Part shown: one piece after another, positions 35,912 through 45,029 of the stretch | How positions within the stretch are numbered: the first letter of the stretch is position 1 | Layout of the letters: every line of letters starts with the position of its first letter | Source: Candidatus Omnitrophota bacterium | GTDB taxonomy: Bacteria > Omnitrophota > Gorgyraeia > Gorgyraeales > Gorgyraeaceae | NCBI GenBank assembly: GCA_018902915.1 | Contig: JAHIPS010000082.1 | Coordinates: 1-51,172 of the forward strand | DNA: 51,172 nucleotides | Reading direction: 5' to 3' | Program-made: the position numbers and the translations under genes | The notes under the pieces: generated by a model | What the model was told of the DNA's origin: nothing | Seen by the model: the letters and a program-made list of their open reading frames with translations, nothing else | Databases searched by the model: none

Positions 35912-38420
35912 AACAGGTGTCGCGGTTTTAACACTGCTTCTGTCAGTGTCCCTGTGCGGCCGCGGGTTTGCGCTGGTGAGCTCCTCTGATTACTCCTCAA
36001 GCAGGATGCTTTCAAGGGTCGATCTTAAGAAGTATTTTGAAAAGGCCATGACCTTGTTTGAATCAGGCAAGTACAAAGAGACAGTGGCTGTACTGGAAAA
36101 CCTGATCGAGATAGAAAGGTCCCAGAAGGAAAATTATTTCACGCCTTTTGCAGAGATATATATTGAAAAATCACGTTCTAGGATGAAGGACCTCTTGATG
36201 CTGGAGGACAGGAAATGGGCAAGGATGAAGAAAAATGTCGTGGATGAGGCTACCCGCATAGCCCAGGAAGAGTCAGAAAGAACAGCAAGGCAAAGAGAGG
36301 CCGAGATCCTGCGCGATGAAGAAACAAAGTGGAAGGCTGCGCAGGAATTAGAAAGATTAAACGCCTACGAGCTAGAAAAAGAACTCAGGGATAGATATGC
36401 CAAGGCCATGCAGTATTATAAGGAAGCAAATTACCCTGCTTCTATCGTGGAGTTTAAGAAGATAAGGGAATTAGATCCGGGCAGTAGATTCGTTTCTCAG
36501 GCAGAGGATTATATTAAGAAGGCGCAGGCACAGATAAAGAAAGAGGAAGAAAAAGAGGTTCTGGCCAGGATGGAGGCAGCTCGCCTTGCCAGACTCGAGA
36601 TGGAACGCGAGGAAAAACTCCAGGAAGAGGGCCGCGCGAAAAAAGAGAGACAGATGCAGAGAAAGGAAAGGGAAAAGCAGGAGCTCAAGAAAGTCTTTGA
36701 GGCAAGGCTCAGGGCCAGGGAGTGGAAAGACAGGATCGTGCGGACAGAGGAATTAATGGATAAGATAAGAAGGCACGTGACAGAGCGTAAATTTGAAGAA
36801 GCAGGGAGTGTCTTGTATTTAGCCATGGCAGAGTTTCCCGAAAACGAGAGATTTAAAGACATACTACATTATATTGATAAAGAAAAGCTAAAGATGGAGG
36901 AGAATGCGCTAAAGAGGGCAAGGGAGATCGTGGAAGAAAACATGCTTTTGGAGGTCGCGAAAAAGCATATAGTGCCTGAGGAAAAATTCGCCAAATTGGA
37001 GACTACCAATAAGATAACGCCGCTTGTAAAGGTGCCTGAGATCAGGAAGCGTCTCAAGATACCCATAAGCGTTAATTTTGAAGACGTGGAGCTGGATTAT
37101 GTCCTGGATTTTCTCTCAGACGCAACAGGCGTAAACATCATACCTTCGAGCGAAATAGACATGGAAACAAAAAAGGTCACTATAAAGATAAAGAATATGC
37201 CGCTCGAGGAGGCGCTACGTTATATACTGAAGGCGCAGGAACTTATTTACAGGATAGAAGAGGATGCTGTATGGGTGGCCACAAAAGAAGAGCTGGACAA
37301 TGAACAGGTGGAGACAAGGGTGTATTTTCTGAATCAGGGCATTGGCAGGTTTGCGGAGTTTACAGGGACGTTTGACGAGGATAGCGGCAGAACTGGCTCT
37401 ACAGAGGTAAAGACAGTAAAGGATATACTGGAGAACGCAGTGGATTGGCCAAAGGATTCAAAGCTGACCATGGATAACAGGACCGGCGCGCTTATAATAA
37501 GCAATATACCTTCAAATCTGGAGGTCGTGGAAAATCTCATCTATAACCTGGATGTTACACCTAAACAGGTCCTTATAGAGGCGAGATTTTTAGAGGTAAA
37601 GGTTACTGATGCAGATGAGCTCGGCGTCGAGTGGAAATTAAACAGCGACTGGGGCACCAAGCAGAATAATGAAAAACAGAACCTGCATGGCTTTGCCTCC
37701 AGTAGCGGCGTGGATTTTGCAGATTTTTCCAACAAGGATTATGGTTTTAATCTGACATATCAAGGTATATTAAGCCATCCGCAGTTCCAGGCAATATTAC
37801 ACGCGTTCCAGCAAAAACAGAACGTAAAGACCTTATCCTCCCCCAGGATAACCACATTAAATAACCAGACAGCCACAATAGAGGTAATAGATGAGTTTAT
37901 ATACCCTACCAGGTACGAGGTAAGTCTGGTTCAGTATGATATAAATGGCGACGGTGATTTTAACGACGGGGGCGAGACAGAATGGGCAAATATACCACAG
38001 GATTTCGTGACAAGGGACGTGGGCATACTCTTACATGTCAAGCCGAGCGTAGGAGTAGATAATAAGACTATTACGCTTGCGTTGACCCCGGAGGTAAGCG
38101 AGCAGGATTCTACTACCTCTTCATATTCGTATTCAGGCAGTGTATCGATCCCTAATTTTAAGACAAGGAATCTTTCGACGAGTATTATAGTCCAGAGCGG
38201 TGAGACAGTTGTAATGGGAGGCCTTATAAGCGAGAGCAATACCAATACAAAGACCAAGGTGCCGTTTCTTGGAGATCTGCCGCTCGTAGGCGGTTTATTC
38301 AGAAAAAATAGCGAGAGTGTCGAGCGCAGGAATCTATTGATATTCGTTACCGCGACTGTTTTGGATGAAACAGAAGAGATAGTAGCAAGCGCTTCTGGAG
38401 GGAACGAGCAAGGCATATGA
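35889..38420 (+). CDS. Secretin 1 (GspD/PilQ family) with a TPR/coiled-coil N-terminal extension
   Basis: Signal peptide from ATG 35889; TPR-like helices; STN (ISVNFEDVEL); N3 (MDNRTGALII); QVLIEARFLEV, LSSPRITTLNNQTA, KVPFLGDLPLVGGLFR. Confidence 0.9.
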   Translation: MKKQTTYKTGVAVLTLLLSVSLCGRGFALVSSSDYSSSRMLSRVDLKKYFEKAMTLFESGKYKETVAVLENLIEIERSQKENYFTPFAEIYIEKSRSRMKDLLMLEDRKWARMKKNVVDEATRIAQEESERTARQREAEILRDEETKWKAAQELERLNAYELEKELRDRYAKAMQYYKEANYPASIVEFKKIRELDPGSRFVSQAEDYIKKAQAQIKKEEEKEVLARMEAARLARLEMEREEKLQEEGRAKKERQMQRKEREKQELKKVFEARLRAREWKDRIVRTEELMDKIRRHVTERKFEEAGSVLYLAMAEFPENERFKDILHYIDKEKLKMEENALKRAREIVEENMLLEVAKKHIVPEEKFAKLETTNKITPLVKVPEIRKRLKIPISVNFEDVELDYVLDFLSDATGVNIIPSSEIDMETKKVTIKIKNMPLEEALRYILKAQELIYRIEEDAVWVATKEELDNEQVETRVYFLNQGIGRFAEFTGTFDEDSGRTGSTEVKTVKDILENAVDWPKDSKLTMDNRTGALIISNIPSNLEVVENLIYNLDVTPKQVLIEARFLEVKVTDADELGVEWKLNSDWGTKQNNEKQNLHGFASSSGVDFADFSNKDYGFNLTYQGILSHPQFQAILHAFQQKQNVKTLSSPRITTLNNQTATIEVIDEFIYPTRYEVSLVQYDINGDGDFNDGGETEWANIPQDFVTRDVGILLHVKPSVGVDNKTITLALTPEVSEQDSTTSSYSYSGSVSIPNFKTRNLSTSIIVQSGETVVMGGLISESNTNTKTKVPFLGDLPLVGGLFRKNSESVERRNLLIFVTATVLDETEEIVASASGGNEQGI

Positions 38421-39925
38421 GTATACAAAAGATAATATTATTTATGATTTTAATTTTTTCCAGCACCAGCCTTGTATCTGGCTACGAGGCCAAGTCACTA
38501 AAAGGCGGGGAAGACTTGTCCAGTCATACGATCCTCGAGGTGCCAGAGATAAGAAGTAAACTTCAGACACCCATAACAGTGGATTTCAGGGATGTGAGCC
38601 TTGATTATGTCCTGGATTTTTTATCAGACGCAGCAGGCGTGAATATAATTACAGGCGCAGGGGTTGAGTCAGGGGACAAAAAGGTCACTATCAGGGTAAA
38701 GGACATGGCGTTAGGGGGCCTTTTAAAATATATTTTCAGGAACCAAGGACTTATTTACAGGATCGAGGAAAGCGCGGTGTGGGTGGATACATTTGACGCA
38801 ATGGAAGGAGAGGATTTAGAGACGCGGATCTATTACCTGGACCAGGGACTCGCCATGTTTACTGAATTCAGCGGAAAGACTGCCAGTTCTGGCGGGGGAT
38901 TTGGCGGCGCAGCAGGCATATCAGAAGTAAATACTATCAAGGACGTGCTTGATGACGCTATCGTCTGGCCAAGTGACGCCAAGATCAACCTGGACGAGCG
39001 CACAGGCGCGCTAATTGTCACAAACACGCCTTCAAATTTAAAGGTAATCGAAGAGATCCTATATAATCTTGACATAGACGCGACGCAGGTCCTTATAGAG
39101 ACGAGGTTTGTGGAAATAAATGTCACAGATACAAGCGAGCTGGGAATAAATCTTTCCTTGAGCAGCCCTTTTGCTATTTATAAAGACGCTGGCGAGTCAG
39201 TGAATGAGATAGCCTCTGGCAGCGGTTCAGCTTTTTCATCTTTTACGAACGCGAGCGAAGGGCTGAACCTTGCTTACCAGGGCATGCTTACAAAGCCCCA
39301 GTTTTCAGCAGTCTTGCACGCGCTTGAGAAGAATACAAAACTAAAGACTCTTTCTGCGCCAAAGATCACCACATTGAATAACCAGACAGCCACAATAGAG
39401 ATAGTGAATGAATTTGTATATCCGACAAGATATGAGCCGACATTGATAAAAAAGGATTTAAACGAAGATGGAGATTTTCTTGATGAAGAATTAGTAGATG
39501 GAGTCCTTACAAAAGAAACAAGGTTTGTAAATGCGCCGCAGGGTTTTGAAACGCGGGATATAGGGATAATTCTCCAGGTAACGCCAAATATAGGCGCGGA
39601 TAAACGGGCAATAACATTGACGCTAAGGCCAGAGGTAAGCGAGGCATCTCCGAACGCGTTTGAATATAGCGGCGAGGTAAAACTGCCGAAGTTTACAACA
39701 AGGAGCCTTACCACGAATATAGTCGTAAAGAACGGGGAGACCATAATGCTGGGAGGACTCATAAAAGAGACAAGGATCAATACCAGGACAAAGACACCTT
39801 TTTTAGGCGACCTGCCTTTATTGGGCCCACTCTTCAGAAAGGACTCGGACAGCGTGGAGAGAAAGAATCTTTTGATATTTGTCACTGCCAGTATCCTGAG
39901 TCGGAAAGGCGAGATATTACAATGA
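38417..39925 (+). CDS. Secretin 2 (compact paralog)
   Basis: ITVDFRDVSL, LDERTGALIV, QVLIETRFVEI, LSAPKITTLNNQTA, TPFLGDLPLLGPLFR. Confidence 0.9.
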   Translation: MSIQKIILFMILIFSSTSLVSGYEAKSLKGGEDLSSHTILEVPEIRSKLQTPITVDFRDVSLDYVLDFLSDAAGVNIITGAGVESGDKKVTIRVKDMALGGLLKYIFRNQGLIYRIEESAVWVDTFDAMEGEDLETRIYYLDQGLAMFTEFSGKTASSGGGFGGAAGISEVNTIKDVLDDAIVWPSDAKINLDERTGALIVTNTPSNLKVIEEILYNLDIDATQVLIETRFVEINVTDTSELGINLSLSSPFAIYKDAGESVNEIASGSGSAFSSFTNASEGLNLAYQGMLTKPQFSAVLHALEKNTKLKTLSAPKITTLNNQTATIEIVNEFVYPTRYEPTLIKKDLNEDGDFLDEELVDGVLTKETRFVNAPQGFETRDIGIILQVTPNIGADKRAITLTLRPEVSEASPNAFEYSGEVKLPKFTTRSLTTNIVVKNGETIMLGGLIKETRINTRTKTPFLGDLPLLGPLFRKDSDSVERKNLLIFVTASILSRKGEILQ

Positions 39926-40923
39926 GTAAGATCATCAACATTAAAGACGTGGCCAGGGAAGCGGGTGTTTCAATCGCGACTGTCTCAAGGGTCGTGAATA
40001 AATTATCGACGGTAAAACGCTCTAATAAGATCAGGGTCGAGAGGGCGGTTAAGAAACTCAAGTTTACGCCCAATGTGAGCGCGCAGAGGCTCGCGGCAAA
40101 AAGCAACAATGCGATCGGCCTTGTCATCCCCAGATATTCTGATATATTTCATTCATTCTACGCGCTGCAGATCCTGCAGGGTATTGGCCTTGCAGTAGAA
40201 AGGATGAAGCTGGATTTATTACTTCATATAACAGACGGCGATAGTTTTTTGAATACATCAGCAGTGGAAGGCGTGATATTCTCTGATATTATAGGCAATG
40301 AAGAGCAGGTGGACAATGTGCTCGAGAAGGACATGCCGTGCGTTATCATGAATTATCTTACAAAGGATCTGCCGGTCTCGTGCGTGGCAATAGATAATTT
40401 TAACGCAGCCGCGAAGGCAGTGCAGTATCTCATCAAGCTCGGCCACTCAAAGATCGCCACGATTACAGGCGAGTTAAAATCCCAGGTAGCCATAGATAGA
40501 TTAGATGGGTACCTAAAGACGCTTGAAAAAAACAAGATAGACAAAAAAAAGAATTATATAAAATACGGTGATTTTGGAAGGGATCTAGCTATAAAGGCCA
40601 CAAAGGAACTCATAGACTCAAAGACACCCCCAACAGCCATATTCGCCGCGAGCGATGAAATGGCTGTAGGCGCGATACAGGTCTTGATCGAGAATGGCAT
40701 AAACGTGCCCCATGATGTTTCAGTAATAGGTTTTGACGACAACCAGCTTGCGTTGGGTTTTTCTCCAGTGCCGCTCACTACTATGAGGCAGCCATTGCAT
40801 AAAATGGCTGTTACAGCCACAGAAACGCTTTACAATATCATCACCAAAAAGACAAAGGGCCATAAAAGGATAATTCTTCCGGCAGAACTCATTGAGCGGT
40901 CTTCCTGTCAATCGTTAACCTGA
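39922..40923 (+). CDS. LacI family transcriptional regulator
   Basis: IKDVAREAGVSIATVSRV, AIFAASDEMAVG, VSVIGFDD, LTTMRQP. Confidence 0.95.
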   Translation: MSKIINIKDVAREAGVSIATVSRVVNKLSTVKRSNKIRVERAVKKLKFTPNVSAQRLAAKSNNAIGLVIPRYSDIFHSFYALQILQGIGLAVERMKLDLLLHITDGDSFLNTSAVEGVIFSDIIGNEEQVDNVLEKDMPCVIMNYLTKDLPVSCVAIDNFNAAAKAVQYLIKLGHSKIATITGELKSQVAIDRLDGYLKTLEKNKIDKKKNYIKYGDFGRDLAIKATKELIDSKTPPTAIFAASDEMAVGAIQVLIENGINVPHDVSVIGFDDNQLALGFSPVPLTTMRQPLHKMAVTATETLYNIITKKTKGHKRIILPAELIERSSCQSLT

Positions 40924-40941
40924 TCCCACACTTAGGTTGAC
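40914..40941 (+). promoter_or_regulatory. BirA-type biotin operator overlapping the bioB -35 box
   Basis: GTTAACC-N14-GGTTGAC. Promoter TTGACA 40937-40942, 16 bp spacer, TAAAAT 40959-40964; ATG at 40971. Confidence 0.75.
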
Positions 40942-40970
40942 AATCCCCAAATCCCATATAAAATATATCT

Positions 40971-41933
40971 ATGATAAGAGATATCCTTGATAATGTATTA
41001 AATGGTAAGGAGTTAGGCCTTGAAGAGGCAAAGACGCTTTTAGATGCAAAAAGGGATGAGGTCTATTTTCTTATGCACGCGGCCAATGCAGTGAGAGAGA
41101 GGTTCTGCGGCAATAAGATCGACCTTTGTTCTTTGATAAATGCGAAGAGCGGACTTTGCTCAGAGGATTGCAAATTCTGCGCCCAATCCTCAAGGTACAA
41201 GACAGGCTGCGAGGTCTACCCGCTGGTCAGTGTTGAGGAAATGGTAAAGGCGGCAAAAAAGGCAAAAAGAATAGGCGCTGCTAATTTTTGCATTGTCATT
41301 AGCGGGGGAGGGCCCACGGAAAGCGAATTCAAGAAGATAAAGAAGGCGATAGCAAGGATCAATAAAGAAGTAGGCATAAGCGTGGATTGTTCGCTGGGAA
41401 ATCTTGCGATAGGCATGGTTAAACAGTTAAAGGAATTGGGCATAGCGCGATATAATCATAATCTAGAGACGTCAAAGAATTTCTACAAAAATATTTGCAC
41501 GACACATTCTTATGAAAACAGGCTGAACATGGTGCGCATGCTGAAGGACGTGGGCCTGAATCCTTGTTGCGGCGGGATAATCGGACTGGGCGAGTCAATA
41601 GAGGATAGGGCGGACCTCGCGTTCAGCTTAAAGGAGCTGGATGTTAAATGCGTGCCAGTGAATATACTTAATGCGAGAAAAGGTACGCCTCTTGGAAACA
41701 TTGAGCCGCTTCCGCCCATGGAGATAATAAAGACGATCGCGGTTTTCAGGCTGGTTTTGCCGCGCTCGGTTATAAAGATCGCGGGCGGCAGGGAGAGTGC
41801 GCTGCGTGACATGCAGGCAATGGCATTTCTGGCAGGCGCGAATGGTATGATAATAGGCGGATATCTTACTACAAAAGGAAGATCTGCGGCTGAGGACCTG
41901 CGGATGATACGCGACCTCGGCTTCACCACATAA
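40971..41933 (+). CDS. bioB: Biotin synthase
   Basis: CSEDCKFCAQS radical SAM motif, YNHNLETS, CCGGIIGLGE, IAGGRE, GGYLTT. Confidence 0.97.
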   Translation: MIRDILDNVLNGKELGLEEAKTLLDAKRDEVYFLMHAANAVRERFCGNKIDLCSLINAKSGLCSEDCKFCAQSSRYKTGCEVYPLVSVEEMVKAAKKAKRIGAANFCIVISGGGPTESEFKKIKKAIARINKEVGISVDCSLGNLAIGMVKQLKELGIARYNHNLETSKNFYKNICTTHSYENRLNMVRMLKDVGLNPCCGGIIGLGESIEDRADLAFSLKELDVKCVPVNILNARKGTPLGNIEPLPPMEIIKTIAVFRLVLPRSVIKIAGGRESALRDMQAMAFLAGANGMIIGGYLTTKGRSAAEDLRMIRDLGFTT

Positions 41934-41950
41934 CTTAAAGAGGAGGACTT

Positions 41951-42898
41951 ATGAAAAAGATGCGGATAGCAGTATTGGGCGCAGGGGGTTTAGGAAAGGC
42001 ATGTCTTGAAGTCGTGGCAAAGAAAAAAGAGGCGGAGGTCGTTGCTATTTGCGATTCGCATGGCTATTTGTATTCTGGAAAAGGGATAGGGGTGGAAGAT
42101 CTGATGCGACTCAAGCCTTCCAGGGATCCCATAGGCGAAATTATAAAGTTAAAGAATAGATTTGACGGGATCTTTGTGGCGCTTCCGAATTTGCCGAATG
42201 AATTTATTCCAGGCGTGGCAAAGCGGTTCATGAAGGCAGGGTACAGCGGGGTCTATACGTGCGCGTTAAAACGAACAGCCGCAATTAAATTGATGATGAA
42301 ACTAGATAGCGGGCTCAAAAAAAATAATAGCATCTATATAGCCGGCTGCGGCGCAACGCCTGGACTTTTGTCAGCTGCGGCAGTGCTGGCAGCGCAATCA
42401 TTTACAGAGATCGAGAATGTTAATATATGGTGGGGCGTGGGTATTTCAAACTGGGATGCATACAAGGCCACTATAAGGGAAGATATCGCGCATTTACCAG
42501 GATATACTGTTTTAAAGGCAAAAAGGATGACAGACACGCAGGTCGATAAGCTTTTGGACAGGACAGAGGGCAGGCTTGAGCTGCATAATATGGAGCATGC
42601 CGACGATATTTTGCTTAAAAATGTCGGGGTGGTTGATTCGCTGGACAAGGTTTCAGTGGGAGGCGTTATGGATACAAGGCACGCGAAAAAACCTGTCTCT
42701 ACCACAATGACGCTTACCGGCACTACATTTGAAGGCAAACGTTCCAGTCATAGGTTCATACTAGGAGATGAGACCTCTATGGCAGCCAATGTCATAGGAC
42801 CTGCCCTCGGATACATGAAGCGGGCGCTCTGGCTGAAGCAGCGCAAGATATACGGCATGTTCGGTTCCACTGAATTCATGCCGATGATAGTGAAATAA
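41951..42898 (+). CDS. bioU: BioU, the BioA-replacing dehydrogenase-family enzyme
   Basis: Rossmann GAGGLG, ALPNLPN, ALKRT, GCGATPGLL, GVGISNWDAYKATIREDIAH, MEHADD, LGDETSMAANV; sits between bioB and bioF, with no bioA in the operon. Confidence 0.85.
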   Translation: MKKMRIAVLGAGGLGKACLEVVAKKKEAEVVAICDSHGYLYSGKGIGVEDLMRLKPSRDPIGEIIKLKNRFDGIFVALPNLPNEFIPGVAKRFMKAGYSGVYTCALKRTAAIKLMMKLDSGLKKNNSIYIAGCGATPGLLSAAAVLAAQSFTEIENVNIWWGVGISNWDAYKATIREDIAHLPGYTVLKAKRMTDTQVDKLLDRTEGRLELHNMEHADDILLKNVGVVDSLDKVSVGGVMDTRHAKKPVSTTMTLTGTTFEGKRSSHRFILGDETSMAANVIGPALGYMKRALWLKQRKIYGMFGSTEFMPMIVK

Positions 42899-42902
42899 GA
42901 CT

Positions 42903-44081
42903 ATGGATTTCGACTCAATGTTACAGAAGGAACTGGGCGAGCTGAAAAGCAAAGGGCTTTTCAGGGAGATGAAAGAGATCAGCGGAATGCAGGGTCCTTT
43001 AGTAGTGATTGATAATAGAGAAGTAATCCTTCTTTCCTCTAATAATTATTTAGGGCTGGCCTCTCATCCTGAAGTGATCAAGGCGCAGATAGAAGCTGCA
43101 AAAGAATTTGGCGCAGGCGCGTCTGCCTCCCGTCTTATTTCAGGTAATATGATTTTGCATGAAAGATTAGAGAAAAAAATAGCTGATTTTAAGGGTACCG
43201 AGGCCGCGATTATTTTTACCACAGGATACATGGCGAATATCGGGACCATAAGCGCGCTTATGGGAGAAAAGGATCTTGTGATCTGTGATAAATTAAACCA
43301 TGCCAGTATTATAGATGGTGTACGTCTGAGCGGCGCGGCATTGAGGACATATCCTCACAAGAATGTCGAAAGGTTAGAGGATATTTTAAAAAAAGAGATT
43401 TCGTATAAAAAGAAACTCATTGTCACCGACGGTGTTTTCAGTATGGATGGCGACGTAGCGCCTTTGTCTGAGCTCGTAAGGATTGCGGAAACCTACGATG
43501 CTATTTTGATGCTGGACGACGCGCACGCAACAGGCGTTATTGGAAAAAACGGAAAGGGCACGTGTGAGCATTTTGGAATAAAAGAGGGTGTTCATGTGCA
43601 GATGGGGACATTCAGCAAGGCACTGGGAAATCTGGGAGGATTCGTAGCCGGCTCAAAGGTCTTGATCGATTACATTCGCAACAAGGCCAGGTCTTTTATA
43701 TATTCAACTGCCCTGCCGCCTGCAATAGTCGGTGGCTGTATAAAGGCTATCGAGATAATAGAAAAAGATAATAGCTTAAGGGAGAAACTCTGGTCTAATG
43801 TCGCAAGATTCCGCGACGCGCTATTAAAATTAGATTTTAATATTATGGAGACAGAGTCGCAGATAATCCCGATACGCACGCGAGATGCCTCTTTGACCAT
43901 GAAGTCAGCTGAATTTTTACTGAAAAATGGAATATTTGCGCCGGGCATAAGACCGCCAACAGTGCCAAAGGCAAAATGCAGGATCCGCGCATCACTGATG
44001 GCCACGCATACCGATGAGCATATTGATAAAGCAGTAGAGGTATTTAAGAGGTTAAAAAGTGAACCCCATTCCAAATTTTAA
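42903..44081 (+). CDS. bioF: 8-amino-7-oxononanoate synthase
   Basis: SSNNYLGL, DKLNHASIIDG, DGVFSMDGD, DDAHATG, GTFSKALG, IRPPTVP. Confidence 0.95.
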   Translation: MDFDSMLQKELGELKSKGLFREMKEISGMQGPLVVIDNREVILLSSNNYLGLASHPEVIKAQIEAAKEFGAGASASRLISGNMILHERLEKKIADFKGTEAAIIFTTGYMANIGTISALMGEKDLVICDKLNHASIIDGVRLSGAALRTYPHKNVERLEDILKKEISYKKKLIVTDGVFSMDGDVAPLSELVRIAETYDAILMLDDAHATGVIGKNGKGTCEHFGIKEGVHVQMGTFSKALGNLGGFVAGSKVLIDYIRNKARSFIYSTALPPAIVGGCIKAIEIIEKDNSLREKLWSNVARFRDALLKLDFNIMETESQIIPIRTRDASLTMKSAEFLLKNGIFAPGIRPPTVPKAKCRIRASLMATHTDEHIDKAVEVFKRLKSEPHSKF

Positions 44082-44167
44082 AGGATTCTTATATATTTGG
44101 AAGGATTGATAATGAAAAAGAATCGTAGTAATATTATGCGTTACTATCCAAAAATTTGGAACGGGGC
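44063..44167. mobile_element. MITE-like element, variant 3 (105 bp), spanning the bioF/bioD junction
   Basis: ACCCCATTCCAAATTTT pairs with AAAATTTGGAACGGGGC (15/17). Same ends and nearly the same length as 532-634, but a different interior. Confidence 0.75.
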
Positions 44168-44783
44168 AAGGGGATTTTTTGTAACAGGAACTGACACAGG
44201 CGTTGGAAAGACTGAAGTCGCAGCCTATCTGGCAGAGAGTTTTTCCAAAAAAGGTTTCAAGGTAGGCACGATGAAACCTATTGCGACAGGTAGCTCTAAG
44301 GATGCGAGGATCCTAAAGGCAGACCCGGTGATTTCGTTTAGGTTACCCTTGGCGCCGTTGGTAGCAGGTAAGGTAAATAAAGGGAGGATATGGCAGGCCT
44401 TTGAGAAACTAAAGGCCAATAGCGATATCGTTATTGTGGAGGGCATTGGCGGCGTGATGGTGCCAATATCTGGAAAAGGCAAAAAGGCGTTTTATGTTTC
44501 AAATATGATTTCAAAGATGAACCTCCCAGCTATTATAGTAGCAAGGCCAAATTCAGGCACTATAAACCATACTTTAATGACTATAGAAGTGCTCCGAAGA
44601 AAAAAGATTAAAATAGCTGGTATTATATTTAATCACTCCTCCCGCGTAAAAAACGATATTTCAATAAAGACAAATCCCGGGATAATCCAGGGGCTTTCCG
44701 GGGTTAAGACCCTGGGTGTCATGCATTATAACAAAAACAGGAGCAAAAGGAGGATGAAATGGTTAAAGAGAATCGAATTTTAA
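44112..44783 (+). CDS. bioD: Dethiobiotin synthetase
   Basis: FVTGTDTGVGKT, MKPIATG, IVEGIGG, GTINHTL. The N-terminal ~19 aa derive from the palindromic element. Confidence 0.93.
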   Translation: MKKNRSNIMRYYPKIWNGARGFFVTGTDTGVGKTEVAAYLAESFSKKGFKVGTMKPIATGSSKDARILKADPVISFRLPLAPLVAGKVNKGRIWQAFEKLKANSDIVIVEGIGGVMVPISGKGKKAFYVSNMISKMNLPAIIVARPNSGTINHTLMTIEVLRRKKIKIAGIIFNHSSRVKNDISIKTNPGIIQGLSGVKTLGVMHYNKNRSKRRMKWLKRIEF

Positions 44784-45007
44784 TATTTATAATCGGATTT
44801 TTGTGCGCATGGACATTTTTTTCTAATTTCACAGGAGAAACCAAGGCCCAGTCTGCGCTGCCATCCAACATTACTTTTTCAGGCGAGAGCAATGTGATCT
44901 ATTTCCTGGACAGGGATAATGGAATTGTCTACAGGTATAATACTCAGGGCAGATTTACCCGCTCCTATATTATAGAGGAACTCGGTAAAGATTTGAAATC
45001 CAAGTAG
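44759..45007 (+). CDS. Small exported/membrane hypothetical protein
   Basis: 82 aa, N-terminal hydrophobic helix, beta-rich tail; fills the operon gap. Confidence 0.65.
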   Translation: MVKENRILIFIIGFLCAWTFFSNFTGETKAQSALPSNITFSGESNVIYFLDRDNGIVYRYNTQGRFTRSYIIEELGKDLKSK

Positions 45008-45029
45008 GAAAGTGCTAAAATAAGATATT

